64,000 nucleotides of DNA. It comes from Eledone cirrhosa. Its lineage: Eukaryota. Within the stretch, counting starts at the first letter, position 1. Every line of letters begins with the position of its first letter. The stretch spans positions 34,596,001-34,660,000 of the forward strand of contig OZ024741.1 of assembly GCA_964016885.1 (NCBI GenBank), given 5' to 3'. A model generated the notes under the pieces. The model was given only the letters and a program-made list of their open reading frames with translations, made no database searches and was not told the DNA's origin. This document shows, one piece after another, positions 33,399-47,751 of the stretch. Both the position numbers and the translations under genes were made by a program.

Positions 33399-33742
33399 TG
33401 GAGGCACATGGCTTAGTGGTTAGAGCATTGGCCTTGCAATCGAAAGGTTGTGAGTTCAATTCTCAGACCGGGTGATGTGTTGTTTCCTTGAGCAAGACAC
33501 TTTATTTCACATTGCTCCAGTTTACTCAGCTGTAGAAATGAGATGATAGGGACTGGGGTCCATATCATTCCACTGCAAAGTGGTCGTGGAGGTGCCACGG
33601 CAAAAAAGCACCCAGCACTCACTGTAAATGAGGTTGGTGTTAGGAAGGGCATCCAGCTGTAGAAATCAAGCCAGAATCAGTTCCCGTCCCACCCTTGCAA
33701 GCAGGGAAAAAGCGGACGTAAAATGAAATGATGAATGATGAT
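33399..33742 (+). mobile_element. tRNA-derived SINE (full length)
   Basis: Same family as 21702-22040. Confidence 0.92.
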
Positions 33743-34071
33743 ATATATATATAGATATATATATATATATAGATATATATCTATATATATATAGATATAT
33801 AGATATATATATCTATATATAGATATATATATATATATCTATATATAGATATATATATCTATATATAGATATATATATCTATATATATATATCTATATAT
33901 AGATATATATAGATATATATATCTATATATAGATATATATATCTATATATATATATATATATATATATCTATATATAGATATATATATCTATATATAGAT
34001 ATATATATCTATATATATATATCTATATATAGATATATATAGATATATATATCTATATATAGATATATATA

Positions 34072-34109
<38 letters not shown>

Positions 34110-34221
34110 TATATATATCTATATATAGATATATATATCTATATATAGATATATATATCTATATATAGATATATATATCTATATATAGATATATATATCT
34201 ATATATAGATATATATATCTA

Positions 34222-34690
34222 TGAGCTGATAAACTCCGACCTCACACACTTACACCTCTCCAAGACAATGTCACTGGTCCGTGACCTTTGGCGGTACTCA
34301 GTAACAGAGAAGACCCGCCTTGCCAGTAGGCATCTCTAACAAAATACACCCCTCCCGCCGCCACCCCCACCCCATCCACACCACCCCGTTCTATGTAAAG
34401 TTATGTTGGTGCCGCGCCATCCAGGCCGAAACAAATGAGATCGTGTAGGTGTCACGACAAAAAAACACACAGTCCACGCTGTAATGTGGCCGTGTAGGCA
34501 ACACGGTAAAAACCTCCCAGACCCACACTGTAAATGTGGTTGGTGTTAGGAAGGGCATCCAACTGTAGAAAACCTGCCAGACAGTCCTATGCGAGCAAGA
34601 CAATCACTCTTGCCTCAAGTGGGACTACCCCCGTCCAAACCCATGCAAGCGTGGAACACGGACGTTAAACGTTGATGATGATGATGATGA
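34222..34690 (+). mobile_element. 5'-truncated RTE-like LINE 3' end
   Basis: Near-identical to 51346-51960, lacking one internal repeat; (GAT)n tail. Confidence 0.88.
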
Positions 34691-34800
34691 TATATAGATA
34701 TATATATCTATATCTATATATATATATAGATATATATCTATATATAGATCTATATAGATATATATAGATATATATATCTATATATATCTATATATATATA

Positions 34801-34834
<34 letters not shown>

Positions 34835-35152
34835 TATATATATCTATATATAGATATATATATCTATATATAGATATATATATCTATATATAGATATATA
34901 TATATAGATATATATATCTATATATAGATATATATATCTATATATAGATATATATATATATATCTATATATAGATATATATATCTATATATCTATATATA
35001 TATAGATATATATCTATATATATATATATATCTATATATATATATATAGATATATATATCTATATATAGATATATATATATATATCTATATATAGATATA
35101 TATATCTATATATCTATATATATATAGATATATATCTATATATATATATATA

Positions 35153-35200
<48 letters not shown>

Positions 35201-35242
35201 TATATATATCTATATATAGATATATATATCTATATATAGATA

Positions 35243-35345
35243 TTAAATTCCATCTGTGATAACATTTTACACGTTTTTATTGTATGTAAACTTCCCCCTT
35301 TGTATTTGTCCCCTTCTTTTGTGCCCCTGTGGCTAATAAAGAAAT
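35243..35345 (+). mobile_element. Short 3'-terminal copy of the same Tx1-like element, opposite orientation
   Basis: Reverse complement of about 29340-29441. Confidence 0.85.
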
Positions 35346-35458
35346 ATATATATATATAGATATATATCTATATATATATATATAGATATATATCTATATA
35401 TATAGATATATATCTATATATATATATATAGATATATATCTATATATATATATATATA

Positions 35459-35491
<33 letters not shown>

Positions 35492-35576
35492 ATATATATA
35501 TATATAGATATATATCTATATATATATATATATAGATATATATCTATATATATATATATATATCTATATATATATA

Positions 35577-35609
<33 letters not shown>

Positions 35610-36627
35610 ATATATATATATATCTATATATATATCTATATATATATCTATATCTATATATATATCTATATATATATCTATATATATATCTATCTATATA
35701 TATATCTATCTATCTATCTATATATATCTATCTATATATATATATCTATCTATATATATATATCTATATATATCTATATATCTATATCTATCTATATATA
35801 TATATATCTATCTATCTATATATATATCTATCTATATATATATATCTATATATATCTATATATATATAGATATCTATATATATATATATCTATATATAGA
35901 TATATATATCTATATATAGATATATATATCTATATCTATATATATCTATATATAGATATATATCTATATATAGATATATATATCTATATCTATATATATA
36001 TATATAGATATATATATAGATATATATATATATATATAGATATATATATAGATATCTATATCTATATATATATATCTATATCTATATCTATATATATCTA
36101 TATCTATATATATATATATCTATATCTATATATATCTATATCTATATATATCTATATCTATATATATATATCTATATATATATATCTATATCTATATATA
36201 TATATCTATATATCTATATATATATATATATATATATAGATATATATATATAGATATATATATATATAGATATATATATATAGATATATATATATAGATA
36301 TATATATATAGATATATATATATAGATATATATATATAGATATATATATATAGATATATATATATAGATATATATATATAGATATATATATATAGATATA
36401 TATATATAGATATATATATATAGATATATATATAGATATATATATATAGATATATATAGATAGATATATATATATATAGATATATATATAGATATATATA
36501 TATAGATATATATATAGATATATATATATAGATATATATATAGATATATATATAGATATATATATAGATATATATATATATAGATATATATATAGATATA
36601 TATATAGATATATATATATAGATATAT

Positions 36628-36938
36628 AACTGTATAAACTTTTTGTATTTTCATTGGTCAATTTGAACTCTGTTCCCAAACAGACATGTAATTTTGAATT
36701 GTTGTTATTATCAATAAATATATTTCATTATTTCTGAAGACGGCATATATATGTGTTGGTATGTATATTTAATTTTGATAGTTTGTATAATTTTGTATAA
36801 TTTTGTACATAGATCTGTTGAATATGCATGCCAATTCTAACACATATATATCCTAGAAACGATCGTTAAATAATGAACTTTTTTTGTTTAATATAAGGAA
36901 CTGTTTCATTGTTTTATTCATTATTTTTTTAATATTTT
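36628..36938 (+). mobile_element. AT-rich non-coding insert carrying an HHR (pseudo-LTR-like)
   Basis: Unique island in the (TAGA)n array containing HHR family F. Confidence 0.75.
36724..36877 (+). ncRNA. Type I hammerhead ribozyme with extended helix II (family F)
   Basis: TTCATTATTT-CTGAAGA-CGGCATATATATGTGTTGG...CTAACACATATATATCCTA-GAAA-CGATCG-TT-AAATAATGAA. Helix I is 10 bp; palindromic helix III ACGATCGT. Confidence 0.88.
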
Positions 36939-38398
36939 ATATAGATATATATATAGATATATATATAGATATATATATAGATATAGATATATATATAGAT
37001 ATATATATAGATATATCTATAGATATATATATAGATATAGATATATATATAGATATATATATAGATATATCTATAGATATATATATAGATATCTATATAT
37101 ATAGATATATATATATATATCTATATCTATATATATAGATATATATATATATATATATCTATATATATAGATATATATATATATATATATCTATATATAT
37201 AGATATATATATATATATCTATATATATAGATATATATATATATATCTATATATATATAGATATATATATATATATCTATATATATATAGATATATATAT
37301 ATATATCTATAGATATATCTATATATATAGATATATCTATATATAGATATATATATATAGATATAGATATAGATATAGATATATATATATAGATATATAT
37401 ATAGATATATATATATATAGATATATATATAGATAGATATATATATAGATATATATATATATAGATATATATATATATAGATATATATATAGATATATAT
37501 ATATAGATATATATATAGATATATATATATAGATATATATATAGATATATATATAGATATATATATATAGATATATATATAGATATATATATATATATAT
37601 AGATATATATAGATATATATATATATATATAGATATATATAGATATATATATATATATATATATAGATATATATAGATATATATATATATAGATATATAT
37701 ATATATAGATAGATATATAGATATATGTATATAGATATATATATATATAGATATATATATATAGATATATATATAGATATATATATATAGATATATATAT
37801 ATAGATATATATATAGATATATATATAGGTATATATATATATATATATAGATATATATATAGATATATATATATAGAGATATATATAGATATAGATATAT
37901 ATAGAGATATATATAGATATAGATATATAGATAGATATAGATATAGATATATATATAGATATAGATATATAGATATAGATATATAGATATAGATATATAG
38001 ATATATAGATATAGATATATATATAGATATATAGATATAGATATATATATAGATATATATATAGATATATATATATATAGATATATATATAGATATATAT
38101 ATAGATATAGATATAGATATATATAGAGAGAGATAGATATATATATATAGAGAGATAGATATATATATATAGAGAGATATATATATATATATAGAGAGAG
38201 ATAGATATATATAGAGAGAGATAGATATATATAGAGAGAGATAGATATATATATAGAGAGATAGATATATATATATAGAGATAGATATATATATATATAT
38301 AGAGATAGATATATATATATAGAGATAGATATATATATATAGAGATAGATAGATATATAGAGAGAGAGAGATAGATATATATATATATATAGAGATAG

Positions 38399-38431
<33 letters not shown>

Positions 38432-38686
38432 TATAGATATATATATATATAGAGATAGATATATATATATATATAGAGAGATATATATATATATATATAG
38501 AGAGAGAGATAGATATATATATATAGAGATAGATATATATATATAGAGATAGATATATATATATATATAGAGAGATAGATATATATATAGAGATAGATAT
38601 ATATATAGAGATAGATATATATATATAGAGATAGATATATATATAGAGAGATAGATATATATATATAGAGATAGATATATATATAT

Positions 38687-38778
<92 letters not shown>

Positions 38779-38779
38779 A

Positions 38780-39420
38780 AGACTGTGGAAGAGGAAGACT
38801 GAGGGAAACATGGGACAAAGTGGTAAAGGCTGACCTAAATAAAGTTGAACCTGACAGAGATGACGCAAGATTGAGTCAATGGGTGATATGCCATACTACA
38901 GACGATTTGCATCTCTACACAGGCATAATGGAATGAACATTGGAAGATGGCTGCAGAAGGGACAAAGATGTAATAACATTTAAGCTGCTCCCTCCTGTCA
39001 TCCCCTCCTCCCTATCCATTACACCCACCCAGTCTTCCCCCCTGGACACTTGATTTCCCCTTCCCCAATCTTTTATCTACCCATTCACATCCATGTGTCT
39101 TTCTCCTCCATTCTACCCATACTAGAATGGAAGCATAGATGCACCTTACTGTACTGCCAGACACCACTCACTCATTCTTTCTCATTCCCTCACTCTTTCT
39201 CCAAGACCACCACATGAACTAACACTTATTTTCCTCTTCTCCACAACTTGCACTGAATTTCCCTCTCCTTTCCCCCACCCAACCAGGCCAACATGGAAAA
39301 ATCCAGGCTAACCTCAATACTACCAGGCATCACTCACATTTCTTGAGGCCACCTCTCCCTCCATGGGCAAGCAACATGTAGCCATCACCCCACTCTCATT
39401 CCTCTAATCCCTATCACTGT
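38780..39420 (+). mobile_element. Decayed RTE-like LINE 3' end; related copy at about 53365-54090 on the minus strand
   Basis: [16 protein letters not shown]-like frame, and a pyrimidine-rich 3' UTR shared with the reverse complement of 53365-53760. Confidence 0.6.
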
Positions 39421-39691
39421 CTTCCTGAATATTACTTATTACATAAATCAATGGATCATGCACTAGTAATTATAACAATAGTCAATTATTATTAATAGCT
39501 AATATATATATATATGAATCTGTCAATATCGCATTTGCAGGAAGGCAACAGGAGTAAATCTATCTGGTATAGATTTACTCAATACTCAATAATATACAAA
39601 ACGAATTCCATGTTTAAGAGGGGCGATTAATTAACTATCTGATTTTGAAGGGACTGTTAGTAAAAAAAAAAGGACAACATAATATATTATA

Positions 39692-39829
39692 TACAGGGTG
39701 GTGTAAAAGTCAAGCACCACCCTAATCATCACATTATGAACATTTACTTACAAAAATAACTAATATGAAGATGTGATATAATGTTATTTTGCTGGTGCAC
39801 GACTTTTGCACCCCCTTGTACCCTGTATA
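39692..39829. mobile_element. Small Tc1/mariner-type MITE
   Basis: TA-CAGGGT...GTAAAAGTC..GCACCA / TGGTGC..GACTTTTGC...ACCCTG-TA imperfect terminal inverted repeats. Confidence 0.6.
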
Positions 39830-40723
39830 TACATAATGCTGTAGAGTGGTTGGTGACAAGAAGAACAGCTATAATAACCATGCAAAAAAAAAAGGAATGG
39901 AAGAACAGATAAGACATGGACTATGCAAGTCACGGTGCAAGCAACTCATCCAGTAAAGAAGTTGCTTAGAATAAAAACAGACACAGGGTAAAGGGAAGTT
40001 TTTAGTCTGCCACAGATAACTGTTCTAGTGTCACTGGCATTCTAGTGTACAGTCAATGCTGTAAAGTGGTTGGAGATAGGAAAAGAATCTTGTAAAAATT
40101 ATGTCAACAAAAACAAAACATGTACATCAACAAAGATTACTTGTTTTTCTTTTGTTGTGTGCCAGATGACAAAATAACAATTTGATCTACCCAACTTGGC
40201 CCTGCCAGTATGGAAAAACAAATGTAAAATTATGATGATAACAACGTCAGTATATATATATATATACATGTTTTTGTAAATTTTAAAGATAATTAAATAA
40301 CTATTATTATTATCAGCACTTTACATCCCTTCTATTCCATGCTGGCATGGGCTGGACAAGAGTTTTCTGTTGCAGAATTTTATGGCTAGCTGCTTCTCCT
40401 GACACCAACACTCACTTACCTTTTTACGTAAGGTATGAAATATTTGTGCATCTACCTGCTGAGCTGCAGGACTTCTGTTTATGTTCACATTAACAAACAT
40501 CACCAGCATTGCTAGCAATGTCAATCAGAGCTCTTGTCCTTCTCAACAGGTCATACACATTGCAGTTTTGATATTATTTATACAGCTAGGTAACTTCTCT
40601 ATCAACAATCCCTTCAAAGTGTGCACACGGAGCATTACATCATGGCACTAGCACTAGGAAAATTATCATGCCTTTGATGCAGCTGAAGAGCCTTCTCAAA
40701 ACTTTGACATGATTATTGATACA

Positions 40724-40952
40724 TTAACCCTTTAACATTTATACTACTCTATATACACTATTGTATTTTCACAATAAACACTTTATTTCACACAATTATC
40801 TCACATGATATCAAATCTACAAGATTTTGAAATTATTTATTTTGAGAACAATACCTTAACATTAGTGCGAGCAGACAGTTATGGCTGGTTTCAACAGAGA
40901 GAGGTGAGAGAATTCTGGCCAGATATGGCCGGTTTAAATGCTAAAGGGTTAA
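40724..40952. mobile_element. TTAA-flanked (piggyBac-like) MITE
   Basis: TTAACCCTTTAACATTT...AAATGCTAAAGGGTTAA. Relatives near 26705-26955, 44017-44223, 46065-46260 and 51172-52159 (the last interrupted by an RTE). Confidence 0.75.
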
Positions 40953-40958
40953 ACTTAC

Positions 40959-41181
40959 CTCATATCAACTGTGAAGTAATAATTAAAAGATCCAGGTAGT
41001 ATCATATGAACATCAACATATGAGTCATGTTGATCACTTTTACTGCTACAAGGACTCTGCCATTGAAGTTCATGGTACTGGTGTCGATTAAAGGCAGTTT
41101 TCCTGCTTTCAGGGTGGTTAGTGAAAATCCTAACCACATCAGCATGTAATGATGGCCCGAGGACAAAACGAAGACTCCATT
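40959..41181 (-). CDS. AGL: Glycogen debranching enzyme, coding exon 2
   Basis: (E)WSLRFVLGPSLHADVVRIFTNHP...PGSFNYYFTVDM matches the AGL N-terminal domain. AG acceptor and GTAAGT donor; 223 nt, phase 1 to 2. Confidence 0.92.
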
Positions 41182-43139
41182 CTATAAAATAAGAAGATAA
41201 CAAAATTAGATAATGAAATAATGGTAAAATTTGGCAACTACTTTTCTTAGTACGGTCCAATATCCTTTCATTTCTCCACTCTGTTCTTTCTCTCATTTGT
41301 CTTTGTGTAAAGAATTATCTTCTCACATAGTAGTGAAGGTGCATGAGTTAGTGGTTAGAATGTCAGGCTCACAATTGTAAAGTTGTGAGTTCAATTCCTT
41401 GGCTAGACAATGTACTATGAACTTGAGCAAGATACTTTATTTCTCATTGCCCCTGTCCACTCAGCTGGAAAGAATCAGTTGTGATGATGCTGGTGCCAAG
41501 CTGTATCAATCTTTGCTTTTCTCTTGGTCAACATCTGTAGCATGAAAAGGGGAGATTAGCATGTATGGGCAAATGCTGGTCTCTGACAAAACACCGTACC
41601 AAGGATTTCACCCTAGAGAGGAACTTTTCAGGTGCAACCTCATGGTCAGTATTGATAGAATGGTGCCTCCTCCTCCTCACATAGTAAAATTCCTTGTGTT
41701 TTTAAATGGCTAATGATTCATCCAAAAGTGGTGAATTAGCAGAGTTGTTAGAACATTAGATAGAATGCTTTGCAGCATTCATTCCAGCTTTCTGTGCTTT
41801 CTGACTTCAAATTCCGCCAAGGTCAACTTTGCCTTTCATTCTTTTGAGGTCAATATAAAAAGTATCAGTCCAGTAACTGAGGTTGTTTCTTCCTCTATAT
41901 TTTTCTCACTTCTCTATCACTTTCTCTTGCCTTCTCTGGAAGATATCAGCTGTCTTCAAGCCAGGACAGTGATGGGATCTACCAAGTTTAAAATGCCCAA
42001 GGCATCACTATGGTGCCTCTACAACTCCATCAAGAGTTACAAGTCCATACATTCATACATAGAAAATGATTCACCCATGCTGTAATTATTTCAGTTTTTT
42101 AACACACAGTCCTCTCAAATTAACTTACAAACCAAACAAGTACAGCTCCCAATTTTTTTATATTTGGGTTAGCAGGGGGAGCACTCTGCATGTGCATAGG
42201 TTCTGATGATAAGTGTTCCAATTGATTCAATCAATAAAACAACCTGCTTGCAAAATTTCCATGTAAGTTGCTGAGCATTCCACAAATACATATACACTTA
42301 ATATAGTTCTCAGGGAAATTCAGCATGACACATTGGGAGGGCTGGAGCAATTTGAAATAAAGGGTTTTGTTTAAAGAAACAATGCACTATTGGAAATAGA
42401 CTTTATGACATTGTGAACGTCAGCAGAACACTCTAATCACTAAACCATGTTTTCACAGGAGTAGAGGCTCTCTACATTAAGTGTGGTAGTTCCTGAACTA
42501 AGTTGAGTGAGTTGTTTACCACACAAAAAAACAACAAAATATGCATGACACAAGATTTGGATACTTCAGCAAACAGCTGATACACTTAAGAAATAATTTA
42601 CTTACATGCACACACACCAAATTATGTCTTTTGGTGTATGTGTAATATATATATATCCCACAGCTTTGTACACACACATTCTAACTCCCTGTAAATCTGT
42701 AATACATGAGTCTTGTTCTGAAATAAAACTTCCAAAATGGCTGTCTAACTATACACGAAGACAGTGGGAGTTCAGCTCTTCCACGTTTGGACCATATCCT
42801 TGTGGTTGTGTTCATTATCCATAGAGTTCATTATCCATAGAGTTCATTCTATTAACTTCCCCTCTCATTACCACTACCACCATCACCAGCACCACTACCA
42901 CCACCACTATACACATGTTTTCCTCTTGAAAACTAATTTTTCCCCATTTTCTTTTCTTTCTCTCATCTATCTTTCTATTTCTTCTTCTCTTTCTTTCATT
43001 CTCTCTTTCGGTAAAGGACTAATGTGTGAAAGATCAAACTAGTTTACTATGACATCAAATGTTAAACTAAAATATATCATCATAGTCCTGTGTTGTTTTT
43101 CCCATATTTATGTACATATGTATCTTTCTTTGTGTATAA

Positions 43140-43820
43140 AGGTGGGCTGAAAAGTTCATAGGCAGACTATGAAAGAGTGATGGTAGAGGTATGAAATCTT
43201 GCATGCATTAATTTCAATTTTCCTTATTAATAACTGCATTGTTGGCTTAGTGGTTAGAGCATTGGCCTTGCAATCGAAAGGTTGTGAGTTCAATTCTCAG
43301 ACCGGGTGATGTGTTGTTTCCTTGAGCAAGACACTTTATTTCACATTGCTCCAGTTTACTCAGCTGTAGAAATGAGATGATAGAGACTGGGGTCCCTATC
43401 ATTCCACTGCAAAGAGGTCATGGAGGTGCCACGGCAAAAAAGCACCCAGCACTCACTGTAAATGAGGTTGGTGTTAGGAAGGGCATCCAGCTGTAGAAAT
43501 CAAGCCAGAATCAGTTCCCGTCCCACCCTTGCAAGCAGGGAAAAAGCGGACGTAAAATGAAATGATGATGATGATGATGATGATTGTTTCTTTCCAGGGA
43601 CTATATTGAAAAATAAACCTCATTTAGTCATTCTATAAGAATATCTTGGTCAGCCTATGAAGGAGTGATGCTAGAGCTGTGAAATCTTGCATGCATTAAT
43701 TGCAACTCTTCTTATTAATAACTGCATTGTTTTTTTCCAGGGACTATATTGAAAAATAAACTTCATTTGGTCATTCCATGAGAGTATCTTGGTCAGCCTA
43801 TTAACATTTCAGCCAACCTT
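43140..43820. mobile_element. Mariner-like MITE with an internal tandem duplication, interrupted by a SINE
   Basis: GGTGGGCTGAAAAGTTCATAGGC / GCCTATTAACATTTCAGCCAACC inverted ends and a duplicated internal unit of about 147 bp. Confidence 0.65.
43243..43583 (+). mobile_element. tRNA-derived SINE
   Basis: Same family as 33399-33742; ATTGT occurs on both sides (possible target-site duplication). Confidence 0.9.
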
Positions 43821-44570
43821 CAATTATGTCTGTTGTGTGAGTGTAAAAACACTTACATACAAACAAAGAAGTAGACATATGTAACATACATATGTAAACA
43901 CTGGAATGGACCTTTGTTGGTTTCAATAGTGAATGTTCCAGTTGTTCAATTAATGGAACAACCAGCGTGTGACATTAACATATTCAGCTGAACATTCCAC
44001 ATACATAATGTACCTTTAACCATTTAAACCAGCCATATCCGGCCAGAATTCTCTCACCTCCTATTCAAACCATCCGTAACTGGCCTCTCATACTGATGTT
44101 AAGGTATTGTTCACAAAATAACAGCAAAATCTCATAGATTCAATATATTGTAAGATAATTATGTAAGATAAAGCCTTTACCATAAACATACAATAGTAAA
44201 TATAGAGTAATCTAAAGGGTTAATGTAATTTTTAAGGTGATTCAATGTGACACAGTGTGTGTCAAGACTGGCCTTTTGAATTTTAAGTACAACCCATTTG
44301 ACAGGTTTCCAAACAGTTTCCATCTACCTGAGTTCATTCACAAAGTTAAGGTCCACCTAAGGTTATGGTAAATGACACATTCTCAGTGGGATCCAACCTG
44401 AGACCTTATAATTCAAAGTGAATTTCTTAACCATTCAGCCATGCTGCATCCCCATGTTAACATGCATGCCCTTACACATATGCCAAAAGACATCAGTTAA
44501 TATCTAGTCATGACTTTCTTTTAAAAATACTTCCAGTCACTTCCAAACATATATAAACTGTTCCCTTTAC

Positions 44571-44652
44571 CTTTCTCAAGACGGAACAAGGCTGACTCTG
44601 TATTTTCTCCCTTATGGATCGTTAAGGTCCGTATCTGCATATTGCGGTGCAT
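44571..44652 (-). CDS. AGL: Glycogen debranching enzyme, first coding exon (exon 44571-44690, ATG at 44652)
   Basis: Translates MHRNMQIRTLTIHKGENTESALFRLEK+G, resembling the AGL N-terminus (QIR...TLFRLE). Acceptor ttttatag at 44691-44692 and donor gtaaag; 82 coding nt, phase 1, joins the next exon in frame. Confidence 0.9.
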
Positions 44653-47278
44653 AGCTGGATCTTCAAGGTTAACCAAATGGCTACACTGATCTATAAAACA
44701 AAGAAGGACAATTATTAATACTAAATTGAAATAATCATAATATATTACTGGTATATAATTCCATTATACCTGGAGTGAAGAAATGTAACATTAAGGGTGT
44801 TTCAATTGAAGACTGTAGGACTGCAACGTAGTTATATTAAGGCAGCTGGTTTAGTCTCTACAATCCTGGAGGCCCTGACAAGGGTCATGCACAGTGTATT
44901 TCTCCCTCTGATTATGCAGTAAAACAACAACAACAAAAATACATATTGTCCCAAGACTTAGGACATAAAGGCATACAGTTACTCTTTCAAAGATGGAAGA
45001 AAGTTTATTGAGGGAGATTTAGCTGTTACATATGTAGATGAAAGGAAGTTTCCTTGTTGATCAATAGACACAGACAATAAGCTATCTTCTAATATTTAAC
45101 TCTTAACATGCAGAAAATATCTAAAAACAGTTTTGTCAATTCAAATGTTTATAATATCTTTAGTAGGGTACAGATTGTTGTGAAAATTTGCAGCATTAGA
45201 GTAAACACTATAACTGTTCCTGTGATATTGTCATAATGCTGTTATACTTTTTAAGATTGCCTTGCTAGTGTCGTTTCATGTGGTTCAGGACGTTAAGAGT
45301 TCATTGACAAGGCAGTATATCATTATACTCATTAAAGTGTCAGTCAAATTGTCTTGCAGAATTTAGTTATCGTCATTTATATTAGGAGTCCAAATCAACT
45401 TACATTTCATGTTGAGTAATAAAAATAAGTACCAGTGGTGTACTGGTTAATTCTTATTCCTATAATGTCTCCTGTATACATCTGCTGGAATTAGCAGCCT
45501 AATCACACTCTTACAAAAAGGAATGACATGCTGGATACTAGTCACAGATATAATGTGTCTACATCAGGACTAACTTGGTGTCACATAACAAATTAACTCT
45601 TAAATCCTGAACCACATGAAACTACATTATCAAGACATTCTTGAAAAATACATAACAGCATAATGACTGCATCACACTAATATTTAATGTTTTTACTTTA
45701 GTTTACTGTAAATGTTCCTAACAATCTGTTGACTAGTATAGACACTATATATATTTCAATTAACAAACCTGGTTTAGATATTTTCTGCTAAACCATTACA
45801 GGATGTTAAGAGTTATTGGAAATAAGATAAATTTAAAATATGCTCATAAAAAAATTGGTTAATTTTTAAAATACAAAACACCTTGAAAGGCTTCTGTTTC
45901 TATAATACTAATATGTTTATTTTAAAGTTTGTCAGATTTCATTCACAAGGTTTGGATTAACCTGAGGCTATAGTAAAGACATTTGCCCAAGGTATCACAC
46001 ATAACCACTCTGCCATGTTTGTAACCAACACAGATATATCAAATGTAAAAGCTAAACAATTCATTTAACCCTTTAGCATTTAAACCGGCCATATCCGACC
46101 AGAGTTTTCTCACCTCGTTCTGTTCAAATCAACTGTAACCAGCCACTCATACTGATGTTAAAGTATTGTTCTCAAAATAAATAATATTAAAGTCTCATAG
46201 ATTCGATATTATGTGAGGTAAAGCCTTTACCATGAAAATACAATAATATATATAGAGCTGGTCATCAAATCAGACCAATAAAACAATGTTTCCATTAGTC
46301 TACGATATGCCAGTCACAAATCCCACTGAGATCAACTTTGCCTTTTATCCTCTGGGGTCAAATTAATCGACTTTCCTTTGTCCACTAAAATTACTGGCTT
46401 TTGAGCCTGAATTAGAAACTATAATTAGAAGAAATGCAATGCATTTGAAATGCCTTATAAAACATCAGAATACTCTCTTCTTCTACTCCAACTCAAATAC
46501 ATTTCCTGTCAGCAACATTTACCAAATTGGTAGGCATTCAACAGACTTAGATTCGTTTTTGTGAACTTTTACAAGATAAGTATGGCTAATATTTTTTATT
46601 AGCCTTATCTCTCCAGAGAGAATGCAACAAATCTAGGCTACAAGGTCACCCTCCTGTCCCGGCTAGTACCTATAAAAGTACAAAGCACATAGATGTGTAA
46701 AGTGATCTGCTCAGCTATCTAACTTCACGCATATTTATTTAACTGTAGCAAACATGTCAGTGAATATAATTACTTTACAGCTTACTAATAGTTATCACCA
46801 GTTAAGTTAACTTAGTAGTACACCCCCACCCCCCAACCCCAAAATAAATAAAAAACCAAAACAAACAACAACTAACTTGCTCCTTTGTTTTAATAAAGAA
46901 AAAACAATTACACATGCATACAGATTGTAAATTTTTTTAAAATTATTTTTAGGAGTCATTTAGTGTACTGAGCACTGTATATGATTGTAGCTTTCACTAA
47001 ATGTTAGTATATATAAATACAATTCATATAAAGAAAAGACGAAAAAATAACGTGGGTGAAACACCACAAATGTGGGTGACTTTTCTTTATCTTAAATCCT
47101 GTAAATTAGAATGTATTTTATTCTGGGTATATAAGATCAGTTTCAACTCTAGTTTAAATCCCACTGAGGTTTATCTAACAACAATACATAACCAATTGGA
47201 CTAAGTAATATTTAGTTTACTCATCAAATTCTAATATAATTATGTTTAACTATTATATACATACACACACACATATAT

Positions 47279-47495
47279 CATCATCATCATCATCGTTTCA
47301 TGTCCGTCCTTCCACGATAGCATGGGTTAGATGGGTTGTCCTGTTGTGGGCAGTGTCCGGTTGGCTGACCTTGTCTTGCTCATACAGGAACTGATTCTCG
47401 CTCGATTTCTACAGCTGGATGCCCTTCCTAACACCAACCTCATTTACAGTGAGTGCTGGGTGCTTTTTTCCATGGCACCTACACGTCCATTTTAC
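47279..47495 (-). mobile_element. 3' portion of a related SINE/RTE tail; inverted partner at about 49165-49392 (+)
   Basis: Shares GGTTGGTGTTAGGAAGGGCATCCAGCTGTAGAAAT and a (GAT)n tail. Confidence 0.8.
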
Positions 47496-47509
47496 AGTGA
47501 GGGCTGGGT

Positions 47510-47546
<37 letters not shown>

Positions 47547-47547
<1 letters not shown>

Positions 47548-47714
47548 GTTATTCCGGGTTGAATCGGAGGTAACCACAGTAAGTAAGGTACTCAATACAT
47601 AGCAGAGTATAACAGTTTTAATATAGAAGAGATTCTACAGGACTAGAACTGTTTCATTCATTAGAAATCAATGATTTCTAATGAATGAAACAGTTCTAGT
47701 CCTGTAGAATCTCT

Positions 47715-47716
<2 letters not shown>
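47547..47716. mobile_element. Short palindromic PLE-terminus-like insert in (TA)n, arms 47627-47670 and 47672-47715
   Basis: Perfect 44-bp arms. Shares GTACTCAATAC with the PLE 3' terminus near 6082. Retains only a possible GAAAC...GTC 3' half of an HHR. Confidence 0.65.

Positions 47717-47751
<35 letters not shown>

Larger units (their letters stand above)
28511..38776. repeat. (TA)n/(GA)n/(TAGA)n compound microsatellite array with inserts, in the AGL intron between coding exons 2 and 3
   Basis: Directly visible. Confidence 0.98.

Noticed and set aside
33399-33470. tRNA gene
   Set aside because: It is the head of a multicopy SINE and lacks a proper acceptor stem.
28510-38868. Long ISIY/LSLS ORFs
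   Set aside because: Microsatellite translations.
42200-42270. CTGATGA followed by a hairpin in a dispersed repeat
   Set aside because: GAAA and helix I are not recoverable in this decayed copy. Similar lone CTGATGA hits near 20459, 24342, 54500 and 56882 also failed.
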